NCBI GenBank assembly: GCA_015055665.1 | Contig: SVHX01000004.1 | Location: 28,021 to 92,020, forward strand | Source: Clostridiales bacterium | GTDB lineage: Bacteria; Bacillota; Clostridia; Christensenellales; UBA1242 | Direction of reading: 5' to 3' | Length of the DNA stretch: 64,000 nt | Made by a program: the position numbers and the translations under genes | The notes under the pieces: generated by a model | Seen by the model: only the letters and a program-made list of their open reading frames with translations | Told to the model about the DNA's origin: nothing | The model's database searches: none | Shown: positions 10,732-19,500 of the stretch, one piece after another | How the letters are laid out: each line of letters starts with the position of its first letter | Position numbering within the stretch: the stretch's first letter is position 1

Positions 10732-10760
10732 TTGATTTTATTAATAAATGGGTATATAAT
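10732..10760 (+). promoter_or_regulatory. Sigma-A type promoter for asnS
   Basis: TTGATT (10732-37), 17-nt spacer, TATAAT (10755-60), 37 nt before the ATG. Confidence 0.5.
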
Positions 10761-10796
10761 ATAGTATACTTTTTTAATTTTAAGGAACAGGTTTAT

Positions 10797-12182
10797 ATGA
10801 GAAAGATTGACATTACAACAATTATTAACAATTTAGAACAATACTCAGATACTACCGTTACACTAGGCGGATGGGTTAGATCAATTAGAGCCAACAAGAA
10901 CTTTGGGTTCATGGATCTTAATGATGGAACAACTTTCAAAGGTGCTCAGATTGTATTTGGCGAAGCATTAGACAACTTTGAAGCAGTATCTAAGCTTAAC
11001 GCTGGTAGTTCTGTATTGGTAGAAGGAACTTTGGTACTTACTCCAGAGAACAAACAGCCATACGAGATTCAAGCTAGCAACATTACTATCTGCTCTGCCA
11101 CTGACGAAACGTACCCTATTCAGAAGAAAGGTCACTCAGTGGAATTCCTAAGAGAGAACGCTTACCTTAGAGGAAGAACCAACCTATTCAATGCAGTGTT
11201 CCGTATCCGTAACGCTTGCGCTAGAGCAATTCATAACTTCTTCCAGAGTGAGAACTTTATGTATGTTAATACACCTATCATTACTTGTGCAGACTGCGAA
11301 GGCGGTAGTGATGTATTTAGAGTAACTACTCATAACTTCTATGATGCCGAGTACATGAAGACTGCAAGTCCCGAAAGCGACTTCTTTGGCAAAAACGTAT
11401 TCCTATGCCCAACCGGACAACTAGAGGCAGAAGCCTTTGCCCTAACATTTAGCAAAGTTTACACATTTGGTCCAACTTTCCGATCAGAGAATAGCAATAC
11501 CGCTAGACACGCTAGCGAATTCTGGATGATCGAACCAGAAATGGCTTTCTGCGACCTAAAAGGCGACATGGAAGTTATGGAGAAGATGATCAAAGCAATC
11601 ATCAACCACGTATTTGATACTTGCCTTGATGAGCTTGAATTCTTAGACAAATTCGTTGAGAAAGGCCTTATCGACAAACTTCGTAGCGTTGTATCTAACG
11701 ACTTTGCTCATTGCACATATACAGAGGCAATCTCAATCCTTGAGAAGAACAACGACAACTTCGAATTTAAAGTTAAGTGGGGTATCGACCTTCAGAGCGA
11801 GCACGAAAGATATCTATGCGAGAAGATATATAACAAACCAGTATTCGTAACAGATTACCCTGTTGACATCAAAGCCTTCTATATGCGTCTTAACGAAGAC
11901 GGCAAGACAGTTGCTGCGTGCGACCTTCTTGCACCAGGAATTGGTGAAATTATTGGAGGAAGCCAGAGAGAAGAAAGATACGACGTTCTTCTCGACAAGA
12001 TCAACAAATTCAATCTTAAACCAGAAGATTATAGCTGGTATCTTAACTTACGCAAATACGGTTCTGTTGTTCATAGTGGATTTGGATTGGGATTTGACAG
12101 AATTCTTATGTATATCACAGGAATATCCAATATCCGTGACGCACAATTCTGCCCAAGAACGCCTAAAAACTGTAATTTCTAA
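10797..12182 (+). CDS. asnS: Asparagine--tRNA ligase
   Basis: 461 aa. N-terminal OB domain (GGWVRSIR). Class II core. C-terminus GFGLGFDRILMYITGISNIRDAQFCPRTP is typical of AsnRS. Confidence 0.9.
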   Translation: MRKIDITTIINNLEQYSDTTVTLGGWVRSIRANKNFGFMDLNDGTTFKGAQIVFGEALDNFEAVSKLNAGSSVLVEGTLVLTPENKQPYEIQASNITICSATDETYPIQKKGHSVEFLRENAYLRGRTNLFNAVFRIRNACARAIHNFFQSENFMYVNTPIITCADCEGGSDVFRVTTHNFYDAEYMKTASPESDFFGKNVFLCPTGQLEAEAFALTFSKVYTFGPTFRSENSNTARHASEFWMIEPEMAFCDLKGDMEVMEKMIKAIINHVFDTCLDELEFLDKFVEKGLIDKLRSVVSNDFAHCTYTEAISILEKNNDNFEFKVKWGIDLQSEHERYLCEKIYNKPVFVTDYPVDIKAFYMRLNEDGKTVAACDLLAPGIGEIIGGSQREERYDVLLDKINKFNLKPEDYSWYLNLRKYGSVVHSGFGLGFDRILMYITGISNIRDAQFCPRTPKNCNF

Positions 12183-12190
12183 TAGTAAAA

Positions 12191-12222
12191 AGAGAAAGAC
12201 TCGATAATCTTTCTCTTTTTTT
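12191..12222. terminator. Bidirectional terminator between convergent genes
   Basis: AGAGAAAGA-ctcgataa-TCTTTCTCT, with an A-run on one side and a T-run on the other. Confidence 0.7.
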
Positions 12223-12243
12223 GTAGTCATATTTATTAATCAA

Positions 12244-13197
12244 TTACCTACCTTCGCCACCAGCACCATCATCATAGCCTCCGGTAGAGGCGTTTTCTGG
12301 CTTTTTGCTATCCGGTTGTTTCTTCATACAATCACCAAGTATCGAAAGCAGATACTTAGCAGTTGGATTAGTTTCCTCTTCGATTTTCTCATCAAGACTT
12401 TCCATCACACCCTTTCTGGTTACACCACTCGGTAAGCCTTCGCCCTTTAACCTAGCCCCATAATTCTCAACATAAGAATCCGTTGTCTTAGGCTCGCTAT
12501 CAACAAGATTTGCAGGTCTATTATATCTTGCTTGTATGTCTAATTGCTCGTAACTATTAGTTACTTTTGATGTTTCAATTGTTTCTTTCACAAATTCCTC
12601 TAGCGTTTGTGACTCGGGACATAATTCTTCCAAGTACTTCTCAAACATCTCCTCTGCATCATTTCTGTTGTAAAGGCTATTAAACTTTTCTTCGGTCAGA
12701 GGCTTGTATGGATCCAACACATACACACCACCCTCATACTTATACGCTAGTGATACTGGTGAATACGAAGAATATCCACCTGTGCACTTATGCCCAGGCA
12801 ATCTTCTGTACATATCTTTCACGTATTTAGCAGCACCTCTTAACTTTTTGTAATCATACTCTTCTTCTGCTCCAAAGTTTCTCAAGTTTTGCACCAAACA
12901 CCCTTCGAGAATTGTCTTCAGATAAACATAATAACTAGTAAGAGTTTTGAGGTCAAAAAAGTAATACGCCGAATAATTTCTCCCCGTAGAATTACGATAA
13001 TCATCAATTCTTTGCATTGATTCCTCAGACGGCTTACTTCTATCAACAAATCCAGATTTAATCTCATTTTTTAATGCCTGATAACTTGGCGAATCGCCAT
13101 CCTTAACAACACGCCAAATAAGTGGCTTTAGTTTACTATTACAATCGGCAATTTCGCGGAGCAAATACTCCCTTAACATCTTCTCATCAAAGTCCAT
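12244..13197 (-). CDS. Hypothetical protein (317 aa)
   Basis: Long ORF with GGAGG RBS. No motif recognised. Acidic, with a Gly-rich C-terminus (GGYDDGAGGEGR). Confidence 0.6.
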   Translation of the reverse strand: MDFDEKMLREYLLREIADCNSKLKPLIWRVVKDGDSPSYQALKNEIKSGFVDRSKPSEESMQRIDDYRNSTGRNYSAYYFFDLKTLTSYYVYLKTILEGCLVQNLRNFGAEEEYDYKKLRGAAKYVKDMYRRLPGHKCTGGYSSYSPVSLAYKYEGGVYVLDPYKPLTEEKFNSLYNRNDAEEMFEKYLEELCPESQTLEEFVKETIETSKVTNSYEQLDIQARYNRPANLVDSEPKTTDSYVENYGARLKGEGLPSGVTRKGVMESLDEKIEEETNPTAKYLLSILGDCMKKQPDSKKPENASTGGYDDGAGGEGR

Positions 13198-13310
13198 AAT
13201 CGACCTCCAACTGAGTTTTTCTCTCGTAAATTATATCTCAAGCAATACTTTTATTATACTAATTATACCATATATACCAGAGATTTTCAATATGTCAAGC
13301 CACAAAAATT

Positions 13311-13961
13311 TCAATTACTGTCGTTAATTTTTTCTTCCTTATCTTTTTTGCTAAATAAAATTTTAAGTATTAAAACAGTAATATATATTACAACTATCGC
13401 CATAACTATTACAAACATATACGTTACTAGGCTAGGAAATGCCGAGCAGATTGTTACTAGTAATACGCTTGCTACCAAATTACCCACCACAACGGATAGT
13501 GTTGTCTGCCATAGTTTTAGCCCACTATACACACCAATGCAAGTACCCGTCCATACACCTGTCATAGGTAGGGGAATTGCTACAAACACAAATACACCCA
13601 ACATTTTCAACAATACTTTTTTATATGCATTTTCGCTATTATTTTTTATTTTTCTCGCTCCACTACTTACTTTTTTCTCAATCACATTAGCAATTTTGTT
13701 TAAGCCTTTACTTGTTTTCATAGCATTAATAATCGGTCTAAATAGTAGAGCAATGATAGGAACAATTATCGAGCTACCAACCACCGCCCACACAAACGAT
13801 TCACCGGCACTCAACGCATTGTTGCCCCAAAATTCTACACTTGCACCAAACGGTATCGCACCCTTTACCTCAATAATAGGTATCATAGATATTATCATTG
13901 TTGCAAGCCATGAATTCTGACCAAAAATACTAGAAAATACCCCACTTATCCATGCCGTCAT
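13311..13961 (-). CDS. Small multidrug export-like membrane protein (COG2426 type)
   Basis: Multi-TM protein. IPIIEVKGAIPFG and PLPMTGVWTGT resemble this family. ATG 13961 with GAGGTG RBS; the track start is a GTG two codons upstream. Confidence 0.6.
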   Translation of the reverse strand: MTAWISGVFSSIFGQNSWLATMIISMIPIIEVKGAIPFGASVEFWGNNALSAGESFVWAVVGSSIIVPIIALLFRPIINAMKTSKGLNKIANVIEKKVSSGARKIKNNSENAYKKVLLKMLGVFVFVAIPLPMTGVWTGTCIGVYSGLKLWQTTLSVVVGNLVASVLLVTICSAFPSLVTYMFVIVMAIVVIYITVLILKILFSKKDKEEKINDSN

Positions 13962-14102
13962 ACACACACCTCTTATTGTAACCTACCCCAATCACATACA
14001 CAATTATTTGTAATACTTTTACACAATAATATTTGACATTACATATATTTTATGTAAATAATTAAGTATATATGTAATTTACAAATTTAGGAGGTATTTA
14101 TC

Positions 14103-14954
14103 ATGAAAGCCGTGATATTATGCGGAGGACTTGCAACCCGTATGCTACCTATTACGAAGACTATTCCTAAGGAAATGCTACCAGTACTCACTCGCCCAGC
14201 AATAGATTATTGCATTGAAGACCTTAGAAATAACGGAATTAAAGACGTCCTAGTAGTCATTGGTCGTGGCAAAGAATCTATTGAGAATTACTACGACAGA
14301 AATATCGAACTAGAGGATAGATTAAAGTCGTCTAACAAAATAAAAGAACTAGAATCCATAACATCCCAATATAAGGATATGAATATATCATTTATCCGCC
14401 AAATCGAAGCAAAAGGTACAGGATATGCTACTAATCTAGCTCGAAATTTCGTAGGTAACGACCACTTTATTGTGATGTTCCCTGATGACATCATTATAGG
14501 AGACAGTTTTGTTAAGCAATTAATTGACGCTCATACAACTACAGGCAGATCAATAATCCCACTTAAAAAAATTAATATCGAAGAGTGTCACAAATACGGC
14601 ATGGTAGGCATCTCAGACAACAATAGCAAATACCCTAACATTACCGAATTTGTTGAAAAGCCAAGTATAAATAATACTCCTAGCGATATATGCTATACCG
14701 GAAGCGGGCTATTCGCTCATACAATTTTTGACCACCTTGCATCTTGCCCAACACATACCAATGGCGAGCAATATCTTACAGATGCATTTACACCTCTTAT
14801 CCAAGGTAATAATCTATGCGGAACAATTATCCAAGGCACAAGACTGGATATTGGCTCCCCACTTGGATTTGTCAAAGGCAACATACTTGCAGCACTACAA
14901 GATAACGACCTAAAAGCTGACCTAGTTGAATTTATAAAATCCTTAAATATTTAA
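14103..14954 (+). CDS. galU: UTP--glucose-1-phosphate uridylyltransferase
   Basis: KAVILCGGLATRMLPITKTIPKEMLPV nucleotidyltransferase motif. 283 aa. AGGAGG RBS. Confidence 0.85.
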   Translation: MKAVILCGGLATRMLPITKTIPKEMLPVLTRPAIDYCIEDLRNNGIKDVLVVIGRGKESIENYYDRNIELEDRLKSSNKIKELESITSQYKDMNISFIRQIEAKGTGYATNLARNFVGNDHFIVMFPDDIIIGDSFVKQLIDAHTTTGRSIIPLKKINIEECHKYGMVGISDNNSKYPNITEFVEKPSINNTPSDICYTGSGLFAHTIFDHLASCPTHTNGEQYLTDAFTPLIQGNNLCGTIIQGTRLDIGSPLGFVKGNILAALQDNDLKADLVEFIKSLNI

Positions 14955-14970
14955 TATTTTTACACACAAA

Positions 14971-15013
14971 AAGGCGAAAGATAATCATTACTGTAATCTT
15001 TCGCCTTATTTTT
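14971..15013. terminator. Bidirectional terminator (galU / marR-like convergent pair)
   Basis: 12-bp stem AAGGCGAAAGAT...ATCTTTCGCCTT, flanked by an A-run and a T-run. Confidence 0.7.
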
Positions 15014-15445
15014 TTATATTTCCATCTTACTTACTGCGTTCATTAGAGCAACCTTCTCTGTTGTGCTCAATTTGTCAATTGCAGTAGCGATTTTTTTCTT
15101 ATGCATAGCAATATGTTTAGTATATACTTGCTTACCCTTCTCGGTCAGCTCAATATATACAACTCGCCTATCCGAATCATGCTTTACTTTATGAAGCAAC
15201 CCCTTGGCAGATAACCTATCTACATTGGTTGTAAGTGTTCCAAGAGTTATCCCTAGTCTACTTGCGATATTACCAGCGGTATTGTTACCACTCGCCATAG
15301 ACGTATACACAACCTCAAGGGTATGAAGCTCCTTAATAGACAAGGTATCCCCCATCATCTCTTTAAGAATCTTCTCTTCGCTATATATTATCCTCGAATA
15401 CAATTTGCTAAGTATCTCTACTAATACTTCTTCCAGATTGTCCAT
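15014..15445 (-). CDS. MarR-family transcriptional regulator
   Basis: Winged-helix region LSIKELHTLEVV...IASRLGITLGTLTTNVDRLSAKGLL...DRRVVYIELTEKG. Confidence 0.8.
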   Translation of the reverse strand: MDNLEEVLVEILSKLYSRIIYSEEKILKEMMGDTLSIKELHTLEVVYTSMASGNNTAGNIASRLGITLGTLTTNVDRLSAKGLLHKVKHDSDRRVVYIELTEKGKQVYTKHIAMHKKKIATAIDKLSTTEKVALMNAVSKMEI

Positions 15446-15804
15446 TAAATCTCTCCTCTCATTTCTCTTACAACATAATCTAGGCTAGGTCTTAGCCCCG
15501 AACGCACTGCACCTATTATTATTAGACAATCTCTAATAAACTCTACATCTCCATGTATCTCTTCGTCGTCCTTGCGTTCGTAAAGCTTAGGATCATCTTC
15601 AACAACTACTTTGCTCTTATAGAGCGACCCTATCAAGGATATCTCCCTGCCATATTTATCTACACAATGATCAATTGCAATTATAGCATCATCTTCATTA
15701 TAATCTCTAGACAAATCATCTAGTACTATTATCTCTTCTACAATTGTCTGAACATTTCTCAAGTGTCGAAAACGCTGGAATAGTTCAACCAAGACTTCGT
15801 TCAT
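15445..15804 (-). CDS. Hypothetical protein (119 aa), translationally coupled to the MarR gene
   Basis: TAATG stop/start overlap with the downstream MarR gene. Starts 3 nt after the dtd stop. No motif recognised. Confidence 0.6.
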   Translation of the reverse strand: MNEVLVELFQRFRHLRNVQTIVEEIIVLDDLSRDYNEDDAIIAIDHCVDKYGREISLIGSLYKSKVVVEDDPKLYERKDDEEIHGDVEFIRDCLIIIGAVRSGLRPSLDYVVREMRGEI

Positions 15805-15807
15805 TGT

Positions 15808-16254
15808 CTACCTACCCTCCGATTCTAAAATAATATTAATAGGGCCATCAAGTTCGCACTCTATATGCATATGATGTTTAAAGTGTCCGCTGGCAACATT
15901 TCTTACACCCTGTTCTTTAAACTCCTCAATTAATCTTTCGTATAGTTCTAATGCTCGCTCGCTCGAACCCGCTTTGCTAAAGTCAGGTCTAGTTCCGCTA
16001 CCTATTCGAGCCTGAAGAGTAAAGTTGCTAACAACCATAACATCTCCACCCTCGTCAATAATTGACCTTGTCATCTTGCCTGCCTCGTCCTTGAATATAC
16101 GCAAATTGCTCACCTTTCTCGCAATGTACTTTAGATCTTCCATGGTGTCTTGCATACTAGCTCCTATCGTTACAAGCAATCCTCTACCAATACTAGACTC
16201 CTTGCCCTCGCTATGAAGTTTGGCATAGTTAACAATCTGTACAATTACTTTCAT
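15808..16254 (-). CDS. dtd: D-aminoacyl-tRNA deacylase
   Basis: 148 aa. Motifs MKVIVQ, VVSNFTLQA...GTRPDFSKA, GHFKHHMHIECELDGPINI. AAAGGAGA RBS. Confidence 0.9.
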   Translation of the reverse strand: MKVIVQIVNYAKLHSEGKESSIGRGLLVTIGASMQDTMEDLKYIARKVSNLRIFKDEAGKMTRSIIDEGGDVMVVSNFTLQARIGSGTRPDFSKAGSSERALELYERLIEEFKEQGVRNVASGHFKHHMHIECELDGPINIILESEGR

Positions 16255-16452
16255 AAATCTCCTTTAGGTCTAATTATTTCCATAACATTATATAATTTTC
16301 AAATCGAAAACACAAACAAAATTACATAGGCTAGCAAAAATTAAAATAGTATAGTAAAACCCCGCTTACCATAAAATATTATTAAATTAGATGGATTACG
16401 GACTTTTTTCATCAAAACTAAAGCTTAATCATTTGAAAGACTACCGCTTTTG

Positions 16453-16478
16453 TGATAAACTTAACTATAAGTTAAGTT
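16453..16478 (+). promoter_or_regulatory. Extended -10 promoter overlapped by a perfect 8-bp inverted repeat (candidate operator)
   Basis: TGTGaTAAACT spans 16451-16461. AACTTAAC-tataa-GTTAAGTT spans 16458-16478, 24 nt before the ATG of the 1638-aa gene. Confidence 0.35.
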
Positions 16479-16501
16479 AGTATATAATTAACGAGGTATT
16501 T

Positions 16502-19500
16502 ATGGCAAACTATATAATTCTTGGATTTAATATTTTTGGAGGAGTATTCCTAGGCCTTGGTATACTCTTTGGATTTTTGCGTGGTATCAAGAAGACTTCT
16601 TCGCGACTACTATTTTTAATGCTCACCACAGTGATACTACTTTTTGTAACCGCACCAATAACATCACTGCTACTTAAGATACCTGTTACAACTACAATTG
16701 TAGAAGATGGCATTAGTACCAATACCACTATGAGTATTGCCGAGCTCATCTCTTACTTTGTAGAGCAACTCCTTGGCAACGAATTCGTAACCAAGTATCC
16801 AGATTTTGCCGACATAATAGTTGTTATACCTTTGTTACTTATTAATTCAATCGTATATATTGTCTTGTTCTGGCTACTAAAATATATACTACTACCATTT
16901 AATTTCCTTATAACCAAGTTCTTGCTACGCTCACACCGCAGAAGACCAGCAGTCGCTTTTGCTAATATGGGCAACGATCCCGAGTACCGCAATTCCGATA
17001 ACATGATCGATCCATTACTAGAAGTTTACAAAAATAGCGAGAACGCACCTGCCGATGCCCCAACTAATACTACTAAGGCAAATGAAGGCTCTTTCATACC
17101 AACAGATAGTAACTTAGACACCTCATCACCTAACGGCCAGAAACTTCATAGTATACAAGTAACCAAGCCTGAGAGCAAAGCCTCTATCCAGAAGAAAGAG
17201 AAGAAAGAACGCCAGAAGGAACTCAAGGAAGACAAAAAGCTACTAAAGTCAGAGAAACCAAAAAAGTACCGACTACTAGGAGCACTTATAGGTTCGTTTG
17301 TAGGAATACTTATTATTATCAATACTCTTATTCCTGTATATGGCGTAATGAATATTCTACGCACACACAATAAGACAACACTCAATCACCTCACTGGCGA
17401 ATCAATCTCACTAGACATAATGACCGACGGATTAACTGGTGAGATTGTCAAAGGCTACGAATTATCTGCAATTGGTAGGATTTCGGACTTCCTTGGACTT
17501 TCTGACCTAGGCGTCAAAGGCTTTGACCTACTAACAACAGATACCGTAGGCGAACACCGTATCGTCCTTAGAGAAGATATCAATAGCACAATCACAGCAG
17601 TGCTCGATATCGATAACCTTATAGGTATGTATAAGACAGCTACCAAAGACGGGCTTGAGAACATTAGCCAAGACGACCTGACCGCACTTATCAATGGCAC
17701 AGACAAGATTATCACATCTTGCAAACAAACCGAATTTATCTCCGCTATCAGCGATTATATTCTCCCTATTACATACGAAATACTTAGAGAGAACGACATC
17801 CAGCTATCCGAGAGTCCCGTTGTTAACGACCTAATCCTACTTACCATTAAGAAGGTCGCCGAAGATCATAGTGTCGAGATATTCGAAGAACTACGAAGCT
17901 TTGTTGATCTAACCAGATACCTTAACGATCAGAAGATACTTATACATATCGTCCGTAATGATTATGACAATTTCTTAACAACAATCCACAATCTAGACGA
18001 AAACTTCTCGGATACACTTACTAATAAGATATTCGCAGTTAAGTCTATCGATACAACTCTCCCTAACATACTAGATATAGGACTTACTGTATTTGACAAT
18101 GCAACCAACTTTGGATATGTTGCTAATACCGCCACCGAGGCAGAGATCAAATCGTCATTTACACGACTACTTAATAATGTAGTTTCTACCGCTATTACTG
18201 TATCCGAAGAAAGCCCAATCTACCTAACCGACGAATCTTTGCCAGCTCTTGGCAAGACCATGGATACACTAAAGTCCAGCAAACTTCTTCATACCGAAAC
18301 TTACGAGAATCTACAAGACTACTTAATTGGCCGTATTAAAGAATCAACCACAACTATCGTTCCTGATAGATTCAAAGACACCTTCAATAACCAGCTATTA
18401 CGTAACATCTGTCATATCGAATCTTGGGAAAACGAAATGAAGGTAATCTTGGATACTCTTAATATCCTAAGAAACAAAGACCACGGAATTCTTGGCAATA
18501 TTCAAGAAGGCAGCGAATTAAGAGTTGGCTATGATGCACACTTTACTCTTAGCGAGCCAGTGCTTATTAATATCGGCAAAGCACTTGATACACTTGAGCA
18601 ATCAACTCTTCTTGGAACAGCTTACATCAATACCCCTACTAGCACAACTAATACCACCCTTACCAAGATGTTTGCTCTAGCCCTTGAAGAATTATACGAA
18701 CAATCATCTATAGATGCAGACGCCGACACGAAAGATATTCTATCTATTGCCAATACAATGTCTGCTAATCTTATGAGCCACGGTCATACCACTACCGAGA
18801 AGAACTTCTGGACAAACGAAATGAAAGCCATCTCCCCTCTCATAATGGAGATTAATACAATTGCTTCTAGCAAAGATATATCGATTAGAAATAGTCTAGG
18901 AGTCGCACTAGATGATTGTGCACAGAACTCAGTACTACTAGGTGGCAATTCAACCCTTAAACTTATGTCCAAACTCATGGGAGTTATAGAAGAAAGTATC
19001 CTGGGAGATAACTTCGAGCCTGCCGGAGATGATAGCATTAACGATAACATCTATCATATCATCAATGGCATGAAGACCAATCTAGACAACTTTAGTACCA
19101 CCATCCCCGAAGACTTCTGGCAGAACGAAATCACCTGCATCAGATCACTTACTAATATTGCAGACGAAGCGGCTAATATTTCCACAATATCCGCAGCCAA
19201 AGATATCGCTTCCGACTTAGACACAGTCTATAGTAGCCGAATTATCCCTATACAACAATTTAACAATACAATTGCTAATGTTCTTAGACAACTCAAGACA
19301 TCAGACACAACAGGCGTTACCGGACAGATCAATAACCTTATAGAAGATATCGCGACAGATATCTCAGATACAACTTTCTGGGATAACACCGTAACCGACC
19401 GCACAGATTTCTGGCAAATCGAACTAGACCATATATCTAGACTTGATAGCATGAAACTCGACGGCAATATTACAGATACCTTGGATACAATTGGACGTCC

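Noticed and set aside
10449-10796. T-box leader upstream of asnS.
   Set aside because: There is no T-box consensus (no GGTGG-containing conserved 14-mer). The only terminator hairpin lies upstream of the TTGATT-17-TATAAT promoter, not between the promoter and the ATG.
13348-13920. 190-aa plus-strand ORF.
   Set aside because: It is antisense to the membrane protein gene, whose translation carries family-like motifs (IPIIEVKGAIPFG, PLPMTGVWTGT) and an RBS. The plus-strand product is low-complexity with no RBS.
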